Positions 9,044 to 18,176 of a stretch of 64,000 nt of DNA are shown one piece after another (position 1 is the first letter of the stretch; each line of letters opens with the position of its first letter). A program made the translations under genes and the position numbers. This DNA comes from a virus (Duplodnaviria > Caudoviricetes): the IMG/VR virus record IMGVR_UViG_3300031994_000099, positions 1,039 to 65,038 of that record. One strand, written 5' to 3'. The notes beneath the pieces were generated by a model. It was not told the origin of the DNA. It did not search any database and was given only the letters and a program-made list of their open reading frames with translations.

Positions 9044-9658
9044 TTAAACTTGCTGCGTGAGTTGCTTGGGGTCATTGGTCAGGTGGCTAGTCGGGAAAAT
9101 AACATCAGCCAGGGAGGCAGCTGCCTCCATAGCCTCCTTGAGGCCAAATCCGGGGTCCTGGGCCTCAGAGTTCTCATCAGCCGGGAACAATATACCCGCC
9201 TTTTCATAGAACTTGTAGTCATAGGCCTCCCGGCGGGCCTGGGCCTCCTGCTTTATCTTTTTCTGGAGGGCGGCCAGTTCCCGGCGGTATATCTTGAGGA
9301 GGTTCTGAGCAATGGGTCACAGGTGGGTATATTCATCGTCAGTCAGGTCTATCTGAAGGGAACGGCTGTATGGGGAGGCCTTGCCCTTTTCGTAATACAG
9401 ACCAATGTGATGAGGTTCCGACATAAGCGGCTCCCGGTCAAACTGCTTGCGGAAAAACTGCGAGAGCATGGCCCGTTCATCCATGGTAAGTTTTTCAAAC
9501 TCCCGGCGGGTCCTTACAATGATGAGGTCATCCAGGGACAATCCCAGGCGGGCCAGGAGGCGGTCACGGAGTCGGATGGCGTTCTCACGCTCCGGGTCTG
9601 ACTCCGGGGTGGTGTTAATTCTGTATTGGAGGTCTTGGAGAATTTTGCGAGCATCCAT
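9044..9658 (-). pseudogene. 204-codon gene interrupted by an in-frame TGA (nonsense mutation or readthrough)
   Basis: Frame continues past TGA at 9317-9319 (...DEYTHL*PIAQNLLKIYRRELAALQKK...QLTQQV*) for about 90 codons with no obvious new start. Confidence 0.65.
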
Positions 9659-9660
9659 GA

Positions 9661-9999
9661 TTAAGCCTCCAGGCCTTTAGTGTAGGTGCTGGGATATTCC
9701 GGCTGCTGCGTTTCCCAGGCGGCCTTTACTTCATCCGTCAAGCAGTCCATGGCCTCTTCATAAAAGTCCCTATCCCAGCAGCCGCCCTGAGTTTCATCCA
9801 CGGACTTATTCAGGTTGCTCACGAGGCTCTTGAGGGTCTTAATTTCATCAGCGGTCTTGATTTTGTGATTCCAGGAGTTCCCGCATTCAAGCGTGTAGGA
9901 AAAGGCGTCAGTCATCTGAGCCAGGGTGCCGACCCAGAGAGTGCGGCGGTCATGATGGGTCTTGATGAGGGCGATGAGTTTGATGGTCTGCTTTTTCAT
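9661..9999 (-). CDS. Early hypothetical protein
   Basis: Directly downstream of early promoter cassette copy 2. Confidence 0.7.
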   Translation of the reverse strand: MKKQTIKLIALIKTHHDRRTLWVGTLAQMTDAFSYTLECGNSWNHKIKTADEIKTLKSLVSNLNKSVDETQGGCWDRDFYEEAMDCLTDEVKAAWETQQPEYPSTYTKGLEA

Positions 10000-10120
10000 G
10001 GTTCTAGTCCTTTGCCCCGGAGGGGCGGTTGAGTTGTTCCTTTAACGCTTATAAATATAACTCTTTTTCATTCCCCCGTAAAGGGGTCTGAACCATTATT
10101 TTTAGTAAAATTTTATTTAC
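10000..10120 (-). promoter_or_regulatory. Early promoter/leader cassette, copy 2 of 5
   Basis: Same conserved blocks as copy 1. Confidence 0.85.
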
Positions 10121-10121
10121 G

Positions 10122-10181
10122 AAAAAGCCCCCGGCAGTAGAAAAATTTTCAACCCTTAAAAAGTGAAACTGCCGGGGGCCC
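10122..10181 (-). terminator. Intrinsic terminator after the SbcC N-half
   Basis: CCCCCGGCAGT/ACTGCCGGGGG stem followed by a T-run on the minus strand. Confidence 0.65.
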
Positions 10182-10186
10182 ATTAT

Positions 10187-11434
10187 CTAATGGGAATTAT
10201 TGTGTATTTGGATAGGCCGCCCGCATACCGGGCAAATTGCCCCATCTAGGGCCTGGGAGGTCTCAGAAATTATCCGGGAGGCATCTGCCGCAATTTCTGT
10301 GGAGCAAGTGAACCTCCTCAACTCATTCAGCCGGGCCTCCCTGAACCTTTTAGCCTCGTCAATCTTACGGGACAACCGGGTGGCCCGGTTGATGGCTATC
10401 TGGGCCCCCTCTAGGTCTAGGCCCGCCAGGGTCCGGGAGTCCTTCAACTCTTCCAGGTCCTTTATCAGGTCCCCTACCTTTTGGCGGTCCCTACCAATCC
10501 GGGCCTCAAGGCTCCGGGCCTTTTCTAGTAGGTCCCCGGCCCCGTCTAACAGGCCCGCAAGGGCCTCTACATCGGGCTGGGACCTATACTGCCGGAGGGA
10601 GGCCACGAGGCGGTTGTATTTTCCGCTGGCTGTCCCTATATCCACCCCAGTGCGGCTGGCCTTTTCTAGGGCACTCCCTGCTTGTTCTAGCCCGCCCAGG
10701 GCCTCATAGGTAGTCTGGGCAGCCATGTAGTTGTATAGGCTTGCCTGGAGGTCCCGGACCTTCTGGCGGCCCTCGTTTATGCGGGCCTCAAGCCCTGCCA
10801 AGTTTTCGGCCAGTTCCTGGAGGCGGTCCACCCACTCCATGCCCTTTACCAGGTCATCAGCCTTTTCCAGGTTAGCAGTGGCTGCCCGGAGGTCTGCGGA
10901 GCACGAGCGGCCCAGGGAGTTGATTTCAGTCTGTGCCTCGTCAATATCCGTAAGATTGACCAGCTGGTTGATGAACCGGGCGGCCTCCCCCGGAGTGGAC
11001 GCAATCAAAAATGGTGGGTCCATCTGACGCTGGATATTTACCGGGCCAACATTGAAGCACTGGGACACCTCCCTGGGGACATCCGTGCGGAGGGCCTCAA
11101 ACTGGGTATTGTCGGACCCGTCAAAAACCTCATACCCGTTAAACTCCGGGGACCTCTTACGGACCACACTGAACTTGCCCCGGTCCTTTTGAGGGTTGGT
11201 ATCAATTGCCACATAGGTAGCGGCCCCGGCCATCTGCTTGCCCTTCGGGGTCTTGGTCCAGTCACTTACATAGGCATCACCCTGCGGGCTGTTCGTGATA
11301 GCCCAGAGGATAGCACGCATGACCGCAGACTTGCCGCAGTCGGAGTCACCCACCAGCGTGTTAATTCCCGGCGAGAGGTCCAGCTGGGAATTTTCGTGGC
11401 TCTGAAAATTATGAATTTGAATTGTTTGAAGCAT
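10187..11434 (-). CDS. sbcC: SbcC/Rad50 N-terminal half (Walker A, Q-loop, coiled coil, zinc hook)
   Basis: IHNFQSH, GDSDCGKS Walker A, NIQRQMD Q-loop region, ends at CPVC hook. Confidence 0.85.
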   Translation of the reverse strand: MLQTIQIHNFQSHENSQLDLSPGINTLVGDSDCGKSAVMRAILWAITNSPQGDAYVSDWTKTPKGKQMAGAATYVAIDTNPQKDRGKFSVVRKRSPEFNGYEVFDGSDNTQFEALRTDVPREVSQCFNVGPVNIQRQMDPPFLIASTPGEAARFINQLVNLTDIDEAQTEINSLGRSCSADLRAATANLEKADDLVKGMEWVDRLQELAENLAGLEARINEGRQKVRDLQASLYNYMAAQTTYEALGGLEQAGSALEKASRTGVDIGTASGKYNRLVASLRQYRSQPDVEALAGLLDGAGDLLEKARSLEARIGRDRQKVGDLIKDLEELKDSRTLAGLDLEGAQIAINRATRLSRKIDEAKRFREARLNELRRFTCSTEIAADASRIISETSQALDGAICPVCGRPIQIHNNSH

Positions 11435-11807
11435 TACAACTAGCCTTGATTGCTTTTAGATTTTTCTCAATGTTAGATAATACCGCTAACGCCGGGGCTG
11501 GCCATAGGTGAAGGGTAGCGGCAGCCCGGATGCAGTAGACCTCCGGGGCGTTCATTGCCCTGCCGTCCAGGTAGCGTTCAGTGCGTTCGGACAGCTGCGC
11601 CACTTCGGGGTCATCCGGCGGCACGCCTACATCGTCTGCGGGGTATTCCAAGCCCTTGAGTGTGGATACAATATCAAGGGCCTCGTCAATAAGTTTCGGG
11701 CCATTCCCCGGCAACACATACTGCTCCACGCAGTAGATAATGCGGCCTTGGGCATAGGGCATCTTGGTTTCAAAGAGGTATTGTGCGAGCGGGTATTGCT
11801 TTTTCAT
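11409..11807 (-). CDS. Hypothetical protein
   Basis: ORF track; coupled to its neighbours. Confidence 0.6.
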   Translation of the reverse strand: MKKQYPLAQYLFETKMPYAQGRIIYCVEQYVLPGNGPKLIDEALDIVSTLKGLEYPADDVGVPPDDPEVAQLSERTERYLDGRAMNAPEVYCIRAAATLHLWPAPALAVLSNIEKNLKAIKASCNASNNSNS

Positions 11808-12127
11808 TTTTCAATCCGTATCTTTCTGAGTTCAATCCGGGGAATGCCCCGGAGCCAGTCCCAGACCTTCAGCCATAGGAGGCCCAGGCAAAGAATGAAC
11901 GCCACCGCATAGTTGGCGTAAATTGGCCAGTGCGTCACCCCGGCCAGTAGGTCGGCGTGGATTAGGTAGGCGGCTGAAAAAACATTCCCGCCTATTCCCA
12001 TAAACACAAAGCCCCAGGACACCCCGGAGGCGTGCCCCTCTTTTATACATTTGGCTATCTGCGGGAGGGAGCAGAGGGCAAAACAAGCCGCCCCCAACAC
12101 TCCGAAAAAGTTGAACAGCCCGGTCAT
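11804..12127 (-). CDS. PQ-loop / SemiSWEET-like three-TM membrane protein
   Basis: FALCSLPQIAKCIKEGHASGVSWGF pattern (PQ motif, then S.G.S); three TM helices. Confidence 0.8.
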   Translation of the reverse strand: MTGLFNFFGVLGAACFALCSLPQIAKCIKEGHASGVSWGFVFMGIGGNVFSAAYLIHADLLAGVTHWPIYANYAVAFILCLGLLWLKVWDWLRGIPRIELRKIRIEK

Positions 12128-12483
12128 CCTTGTCTCACGCCTCCCTCCGGGTTGGGGGCCTTATTAGCCTGGGACAATTTTTCATATAAGTCATTTGCGC
12201 ACTTATTGCAGTGGGGCAATACACTACCATTAGGCATCTTAATACGGACCGGGTCAAGGGTCTTGCGACCGCATATGCAGCAGGTGGTCACTAGGCTCTC
12301 AGCCTTTTCCTGGGCTTTCATCTGAGCCGTGTCCGCAATATAGGCGGTAATGGCTTGCTGGGCCAGGTCCATTACAGTGTTAGCCTCAAAGCGGTCCCGG
12401 TTCTTTAGGGCCCAGGCCGCCATCAGCAAAAACTCTTCTGGGTCTTTAGCCGGGGCAGAGGGAATATAGTGAATTTCAGGCAT
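12124..12483 (-). CDS. Hypothetical protein with Zn finger
   Basis: CCICG...CNKC. Confidence 0.55.
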   Translation of the reverse strand: MPEIHYIPSAPAKDPEEFLLMAAWALKNRDRFEANTVMDLAQQAITAYIADTAQMKAQEKAESLVTTCCICGRKTLDPVRIKMPNGSVLPHCNKCANDLYEKLSQANKAPNPEGGVRQG

Positions 12484-12709
12484 GCTTTCCCTCCGGGTCT
12501 TTAGGTTTCAGCAAGTCCCCGTGAGTGCTTCCAAGCGGGCAGGGCCGTTCTTGTAATTGGTGGATAGCCTTCCACTGATTATCGGAGTTCTGGTTGATTC
12601 CCGCAATAAGGGCCTGGATAAATTTAAACTCATTGAGGGCCCACTTAAATAGGACAATCAAGAGCATCAAGCAGATAAGGGCGAGGCCAATGGCTATTCC
12701 GTTGTTCAT
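12476..12709 (-). CDS. Small single-TM protein
   Basis: MNNGIAIGLALICLMLLIVLFKW N-terminal TM; start overlaps the RuvC stop. Confidence 0.55.
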   Translation of the reverse strand: MNNGIAIGLALICLMLLIVLFKWALNEFKFIQALIAGINQNSDNQWKAIHQLQERPCPLGSTHGDLLKPKDPEGKHA

Positions 12710-13218
12710 AGACCCTCCCGGCGGGCCCATTCTGCGATGAGCAGGGCATCCGCATCCTTGTGCTTGCCAATAATCTTTTCCCGGTTGGGGAAAAGTCGGC
12801 AACCAATATCCGCACTGGCGTGCTTGAGTTCGGGTCCTTTACACCCGTGGGGCAGGAGGGCCTTTTGCCATTGGCGGCTATCCACATACATACGGGGAAT
12901 GCCCAGGGACTCAATCGCAATAAGGGTAGCCTCAAGGCTCCGGGCGGCACTTACAGAGGCCTGGAACCTCATGGGGTTAATCATCGGGCGTTCAATGACC
13001 ACTAGGGCCTCTGACGGGCTGTCCAGGCCACGGATGACTGCCTTCAGCCAGTTTACCACCTCCGGGTAATCTATCCGGGTGATGTTCTTTTTTTCCTTGG
13101 TATAGGATTGCTCAGACTTGACCGGGGTTTCAATCATGTCCGCAGCGACACCCTCACCCATCCAGGCAATGGTCCCGGTCACGCCGTTGTCAATTCCTAT
13201 ATAGATTTTATGGCTCAT
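12706..13218 (-). CDS. ruvC: RuvC-like Holliday junction resolvase
   Basis: YIGIDNGVTG, VVIER, DADALLIA RNase H-fold acidic residues. Confidence 0.8.
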   Translation of the reverse strand: MSHKIYIGIDNGVTGTIAWMGEGVAADMIETPVKSEQSYTKEKKNITRIDYPEVVNWLKAVIRGLDSPSEALVVIERPMINPMRFQASVSAARSLEATLIAIESLGIPRMYVDSRQWQKALLPHGCKGPELKHASADIGCRLFPNREKIIGKHKDADALLIAEWARREGL

Positions 13219-13221
13219 AGT

Positions 13222-13383
13222 TTAGTCCTTTTGCTTATCCAGCACGGGTTTAAATACCTTTTTGAAACATTCCTCGCAGAGGTCATATTGGGTGCCCTGG
13301 CTCCTGGGCTTGTCATAGTAGGTGTCTTTCACCTTAATCTGCCGCCGGGGCCTCTGCTTGCGGCAAATATCGCATACAATCAT
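13222..13383 (-). CDS. Small Zn-finger protein (53 aa; not in ORF track)
   Basis: Manual translation MIVCDICRKQ...YDLCEECFKKVFKPVLDKQKD fills the gap between genes. Confidence 0.6.
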   Translation of the reverse strand: MIVCDICRKQRPRRQIKVKDTYYDKPRSQGTQYDLCEECFKKVFKPVLDKQKD

Positions 13384-13392
13384 AGGTCTGTC

Positions 13393-13596
13393 CTATCCTT
13401 TGTCATGGCTCCGGGCCTCTGCTAGGGCCAACGGATACATGGCGGTTGTGGCCACTATAAAGGCCAGTTCATCTGCAGAAAATTCCCCGTTCAAAATCAT
13501 GGTGAGGGCGGTCTGGACGGCGTTGGGGCCGGGGACTTTTCGCAGTTTATTCCAGATGGCCATTGCCGCCTCGTCACGCTGGGACACGCTAGGCAT
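13393..13596 (-). CDS. Small hypothetical protein
   Basis: MPSVSQRDEAAMAIW...; start overlaps the RecA stop. Confidence 0.5.
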   Translation of the reverse strand: MPSVSQRDEAAMAIWNKLRKVPGPNAVQTALTMILNGEFSADELAFIVATTAMYPLALAEARSHDKG

Positions 13597-14872
13597 ACTT
13601 GCCTGCCCGCTTGGTCTTGATTTCATCCTCATGGGCCTCCCACTTGGCCTGGACCTTCTTGGTGAGGGCCGCAGCCATAGCCTTGTCCCGGTCGCAGAGG
13701 TCAATGAGTTCCTCACGGGTATAGGTCACGCCAAAGGTCTTGTTGAAGAGTTCGGAGCGGGCCGGGTCTTCAGCAGCCCAGTCGGTAATCCACTGGACAG
13801 ATAGGGTGGAACCCTTGCCAGCTGCCTTTTTAGCCGCCCGGCAGTCATCCGTGAGGTTGTTGTCCTTTAGCCACTGGGTGAGGGTTTCAAGGTTTTTAGC
13901 GGCCTTGCCGTCCCAGGGAATGTTATCAGCGGCCTTGGTGAGGTCCCCCTTGTCATCCCGGAGGTTGTAGAGGTAGTCAAGATTGGAGCCAATGTTGTCT
14001 ATCCCATAATCAAAATACACAGTGTATCGCACCTTGCGATAGGGGCGGGGGGTCTTGGACTTAATGCACGATGCCTCAACATAGGCACCCACGATGTCCC
14101 CGCCTCGTTTAATCTGCTTGATGGTCCTGAGGAAAATCCGGGTGTGGGAGTAAAATTCAAGGGCCTTGCCGCAGGACACTTCCCAGTTCGGTCCATAGCC
14201 CGTGCCGCCAAACTTATCACGGATTTGGGAAACAATGATGAGGGAGCAGTTGGCCTTTTCCAACTTGGCATGCTTGGTTCGGAAAAACTGCTGGCTGAGG
14301 AACTTGGCTATCTGGGCCCCATAGTCACCGGGGTCCTTCACCTCCAGGTTCTGCTTGGCCTGGTTAAGCCGCTTGGACTCCATATCCAACCGGGACGCAT
14401 CTGCAAGGCCGTCAAGGGAGTCCACCGCATAGATGCCCAGCGTGCCGGGCATAAGGTTCTCAAGGAACATAGACACATGGGCATCCATCTGTTCTATGGT
14501 TTCGGAGTCCTGAACAACCTTGTTCCCTATCTTCTGGTCAGCCGGGTGGATGTTTACGCCATAAAGATACGAGGTGTCAAAGGTGTCCCCGGACTCTGTG
14601 TCATCAGAGAACCAGGCCACGCCCTCGTGGTGCTTATGGTAGGCTGCCGCAATAATTTCATTTTTCAGAAAAGTCTTGCCTGCGGACTTGTCGCCAATAA
14701 TGTTAAGCACCATTCCATAGGGCATTCCCAGCACGCCCTTGTCCCCGCCCACGGCAAGGTCTAGGAGGTCGCAGCCCATCAGCATACGGGGGCCGCCTTT
14801 GTCGGGGAGGTAGGCGTTGATTTTAGCAGGAGCCATGAGCATATTCCTTATTTGTTGAATGTTATTAGTCAT
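13589..14872 (-). CDS. recA: RecA/UvsX-like recombinase
   Basis: Walker A GDKSAGKT, AVDSL Walker B, VSQIRDKFG, GKALEFYS motifs. Confidence 0.88.
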   Translation of the reverse strand: MTNNIQQIRNMLMAPAKINAYLPDKGGPRMLMGCDLLDLAVGGDKGVLGMPYGMVLNIIGDKSAGKTFLKNEIIAAAYHKHHEGVAWFSDDTESGDTFDTSYLYGVNIHPADQKIGNKVVQDSETIEQMDAHVSMFLENLMPGTLGIYAVDSLDGLADASRLDMESKRLNQAKQNLEVKDPGDYGAQIAKFLSQQFFRTKHAKLEKANCSLIIVSQIRDKFGGTGYGPNWEVSCGKALEFYSHTRIFLRTIKQIKRGGDIVGAYVEASCIKSKTPRPYRKVRYTVYFDYGIDNIGSNLDYLYNLRDDKGDLTKAADNIPWDGKAAKNLETLTQWLKDNNLTDDCRAAKKAAGKGSTLSVQWITDWAAEDPARSELFNKTFGVTYTREELIDLCDRDKAMAAALTKKVQAKWEAHEDEIKTKRAGKYA

Positions 14873-14884
14873 TTTACTTGTAGA

Positions 14885-14902
14885 TTATACCTAAAAGGCC
14901 GG
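14885..14902 (-). promoter_or_regulatory. CCGG-N7-GGTATAA promoter (recA)
   Basis: Exact motif 13 bp upstream of the start codon. Confidence 0.7.
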
Positions 14903-15105
14903 GACCTTAATGGCCCCGGCCCTTAACCCAATCAAGTGAGTCTATGGCAAATTGTTCCCGGTTAAGGTGCCCTGGGCCAATTCCAGGGGTTGCCCAGTAG
15001 GTCCTAATGTTGGCTCATGGTCCTACTGAGGAGGCCCCGCCGGGTCCACTGTCCTATTTTGCCAACTTTTACTGGCAGTGGGGCGTCACCTCATCCGGGT
15101 AATTT

Positions 15106-16323
15106 TTAGCGGCGGCGGGAACCTGCTGCCCGGCACTTGTCATAGATAGCATCCGGGCAAGTTCCGCAGGCATTGTGGCGGTCGCAATCCGTTCCCCAGT
15201 TCAGGCCGTGCGGGCACTGCGTGCTCTGGCGGGGGACCTCCTCACGGGGAGGTTCCGGGCGGCGGCGTTCCTGGCGGGGAGCCTCCTCAGCCTCGTCAAA
15301 CGGCATGGATGGGGCATTCTCTTCAGGCCTCATAGAGGGCTGCGGCGGCCACGGGTCACGGGACTCTTCTGCAACCTCCGGGCGGCGGCGTTCACGCTGC
15401 GGGGCTTCATCCTCATAAGACGGGCGGCGGCGTTCCCTGGGCGGTTCGGGTTCATATTCCGGCTCAGGTTCCGGGTCACGGCGGCGGGCCGGGCGGTCAT
15501 CCTCATAGGAGTCACGGCGGTTGTATTCCTGCGTGTCCTGCTCCTGGTCCTGGGCAACGGCCTCATCCTCATCGTTGCCATACATAGCATCCAAAATCTG
15601 CTTGGAGGTCGGGACAATAAGGTGTTCGTCAAGGCTCACGCACTGCTCCAGGACATCATCGGACACTTCCTCATCCCGGTCCAGGAACTGGAATGACTTG
15701 GCCTCGCAGAACTTATTGGGGCCCAGGGTCTTTTCGCTTACACGGAACGACACCACCTTGCCATCCGGGCCAATGGACGCAAACGGGATAGGCACGGGGC
15801 CTTTAGAGGATGCCCCGGCCTCCTCAATCAATTCCTTATTGAAGCACTGATGGGAGGTCGCAAAAATCATCGGGGCATCTTCGGGTCCGTTGCGACCAAT
15901 CAACTGAACATTGTAGATAGCACGGCGGGAGGGGGTAAAGGCCTTGGCCTCCTCATCACGGCCCTCATCATAAAGTTTCTGACGCTCTTCGCAAGCCGGG
16001 CATGCCTTGCCGTAGGTAGCCTTGGGGCACAGCATATCCTTCTTGTTCGGGCCCAGGTTGCGGTGAACCCAGACATCCAGGAGGTAGTCCCACTGGCCTA
16101 CCTTGCGGCGGCCCGCAACAACCTCCGGGTGCTTCGGGGACTTGATTTGGTAGGGCAGGATGTTGAGGTTCACCCGGTCCATTTCCTTTTTCATTGTAAA
16201 GAATTTGAGTTTGACCCCCGCCCAATTCATAAAGGACTGGCGGGCCTCCCCGTAAGAGTCAGAGTTGGCTGCCTGCTGCGCATAGCGGGAGCCCAGGTCA
16301 ATAGAACTGCGATTGAATGCCAT
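15106..16323 (-). CDS. T4 gp32-like single-stranded DNA-binding protein with long low-complexity tail and C-terminal Cys cluster
   Basis: VHRNLGP...CPKATYGKACPAC core, acidic/RRRPE repeats; lies between the RecA and UvsY-like genes. Confidence 0.7.
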   Translation of the reverse strand: MAFNRSSIDLGSRYAQQAANSDSYGEARQSFMNWAGVKLKFFTMKKEMDRVNLNILPYQIKSPKHPEVVAGRRKVGQWDYLLDVWVHRNLGPNKKDMLCPKATYGKACPACEERQKLYDEGRDEEAKAFTPSRRAIYNVQLIGRNGPEDAPMIFATSHQCFNKELIEEAGASSKGPVPIPFASIGPDGKVVSFRVSEKTLGPNKFCEAKSFQFLDRDEEVSDDVLEQCVSLDEHLIVPTSKQILDAMYGNDEDEAVAQDQEQDTQEYNRRDSYEDDRPARRRDPEPEPEYEPEPPRERRRPSYEDEAPQRERRRPEVAEESRDPWPPQPSMRPEENAPSMPFDEAEEAPRQERRRPEPPREEVPRQSTQCPHGLNWGTDCDRHNACGTCPDAIYDKCRAAGSRRR

Positions 16324-16334
16324 AGTGGGTTTCC

Positions 16335-16814
16335 TTATTGGTTAAGATAATCACGGACCGCATCGGCAGAGGCATCACCATAGGCCCCGCCCTGGAGGGT
16401 CGGGTCATTAGCCTTTGATGCAGCATACTTTTCAGAGAGAGTCAGGCGGGACACAATCTCAATCATGGACTTCTTATGGTCCAGGGCCTTGAGCATAGAA
16501 TCCAGGGTGATATAGTCCGCATTAGCCCTGACCACAGCCGCCTTGAGTTCCACCAGTTCCGGGTCAGCATCCAGCTGGGCCTGAATAGTCCCTTCAGTGG
16601 GTTTCTTGCCGTTGTCAGCAGCCTCCTTGCGGAACTGCAAGTTGAGTTCGGCAGACCTCTGGGTGAGGCGGTTCACGGCGGTGTCCCGGTCACTGCGGGC
16701 CTTCACAGCCTGGTCGGCATAGTAACCATAGAGAGATGCCTGGCGGGCAGCCTCCCCAATAAGGTCGCTGCGGTCCAGTTCCAGGTCATTGTTAGAGTTG
16801 ATAGTTGGTTCCAT
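16335..16814 (-). CDS. UvsY-like recombination mediator (helical)
   Basis: Coiled-coil protein of typical size with K.TE..I...L..D motif, adjacent to the SSB. Confidence 0.55.
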   Translation of the reverse strand: MEPTINSNNDLELDRSDLIGEAARQASLYGYYADQAVKARSDRDTAVNRLTQRSAELNLQFRKEAADNGKKPTEGTIQAQLDADPELVELKAAVVRANADYITLDSMLKALDHKKSMIEIVSRLTLSEKYAASKANDPTLQGGAYGDASADAVRDYLNQ

Positions 16815-16842
16815 TGTAAATTCCTTTTTCGGTTCCTTTGCT

Positions 16843-16860
16843 TTATACCTTCAGGGCCGG
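16843..16860 (-). promoter_or_regulatory. CCGG-N7-GGTATAA promoter
   Basis: Exact motif in the intergenic gap. Confidence 0.7.
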
Positions 16861-16871
16861 GAGTCTAGGAC

Positions 16872-17813
16872 CTACCCATGGGGCTGCGAGCGGAGGGCCG
16901 CCAGGACAATAGCCGGGAACCCGTTGTCATAGGTATTTTCACTGAAGGCCTCCAACGCCAGGGCCGCAACCGGGTCAAACCTTTTAAGCAGGACTGCCGT
17001 CATGTAGCCCGTCACGGCCCTTCGGATTGTTTCGGGGTCCTGGGCGGTTTTCAACTTGGCCAGGACTCCGGCAATGGTCCCCCAGGGGGCACGCTTGAGG
17101 ATAGCCTGGCAGAGTTCACGGGTGTCCGGGTCATCTTCAAGGCCTCCCTTCAACACGGCCAGCTGCTGCTCCCGGTCAGTTATCGGCATCACCTTTTCAA
17201 GGGCCACGAGGGCCGCACGGGGGGAGCCGTCAGCGGCGGCCACGATAGCCTCAAGCAGTTCCTGGTCCACCTCATAATTTTCGGAGGCGGCCACGCCCTT
17301 CACCAACTTGACAACCTGGCGGGGAGTAAGCGGGGCAACCTCCCATTGGGTGCAGCGGGTGTTAATGGCCTTGCCCTCGTCACCCTTCAGGAGTTGTTTG
17401 AGGTTAGTAGTGCAGAGGAAAAAGAAAACACGCTTGGGGCAGTCTTCAAGGGGCTTGAGCAATGCCCTCTTTGCGTCAGTAGATAGGCCGTGAGCCTCGT
17501 CAATGATATAGACCACGGACTTGCCGCCAATAGGCGGGTATTTCAGCTGCTCAATAATTTCACGGATGGTGTCAATGCCTCTGTTATCGGCGGTGTTGAT
17601 TTCATGAATAGTCATATCCGTGGCCCCCAGGATAGAGCGGGCAACGGCACGGGCCAGGGTAGTCTTGCCGCAGCCGCTGTCGCCATAGATAATATGGGCG
17701 TGGGATACACGGGTGGGCTCCTGGGCAAAGTGGGCCCGGAGGCCTTCAACAGTGGCCTCATTACCTATGACTTCATCAAGGGTAGCCGGGCGGTGGGATT
17801 GGTAAAGGGACAT
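16872..17813 (-). CDS. Clamp loader AAA+ subunit (DnaX gamma/tau-like)
   Basis: SLYQSHRPATLDEVIG, GDSGCGKTT, IIDEAH, LLKPLED, SRC-like TRC. Confidence 0.88.
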   Translation of the reverse strand: MSLYQSHRPATLDEVIGNEATVEGLRAHFAQEPTRVSHAHIIYGDSGCGKTTLARAVARSILGATDMTIHEINTADNRGIDTIREIIEQLKYPPIGGKSVVYIIDEAHGLSTDAKRALLKPLEDCPKRVFFFLCTTNLKQLLKGDEGKAINTRCTQWEVAPLTPRQVVKLVKGVAASENYEVDQELLEAIVAAADGSPRAALVALEKVMPITDREQQLAVLKGGLEDDPDTRELCQAILKRAPWGTIAGVLAKLKTAQDPETIRRAVTGYMTAVLLKRFDPVAALALEAFSENTYDNGFPAIVLAALRSQPHG

Positions 17814-17814
17814 G

Positions 17815-18165
17815 TTAGATAATTCCTTTGGAAATGTTGTATTTTTCAGTTAAGAGTTGAGTGATGTCTTCAGCCAGGGCATCAACCTCCCCGGCAGAGG
17901 GCTTTTGCCCGGAGTAGTTTTCAAGCAGGGCAGCTGCTGCCGTTTTCACGCAGCCCAATTCAGCCTGGGCTGCCTTGAGTTCGTCCAGTTCGTTTTCGTA
18001 GGCATCCCGTTCTGTCTGAATAGTCGCAAGCACCTGGTCAGTTTCAGACTTGATATAAAACAAGTTGTCATCCAAGTGAAGGTCGGTTATGTCGCCAGCC
18101 TTCCGCTCAACTTGTTCCACCGCCCAGTAGATGCGGTCACTGGTAAAAATCTTCAGTTCACTCAT
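17815..18165 (-). CDS. Hypothetical protein
   Basis: ORF track. Confidence 0.6.
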   Translation of the reverse strand: MSELKIFTSDRIYWAVEQVERKAGDITDLHLDDNLFYIKSETDQVLATIQTERDAYENELDELKAAQAELGCVKTAAAALLENYSGQKPSAGEVDALAEDITQLLTEKYNISKGII

Positions 18166-18176
18166 TGGTGGCCTCC

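Noticed and set aside
9317-9319. Genome-wide TGA recoding (alternative genetic code)
   Set aside because: Many genes end in TGA with ATGA/TGATG coupling to the next gene, so TGA is a normal stop; the in-frame TGA is an isolated case.
13589-14872. Intein or homing endonuclease in RecA, PolA, DnaB or TerL
   Set aside because: The extra RecA segment is only ~70 aa with no C/S...HN splice motifs or LAGLIDADG/HNH motif; the other proteins have normal lengths.
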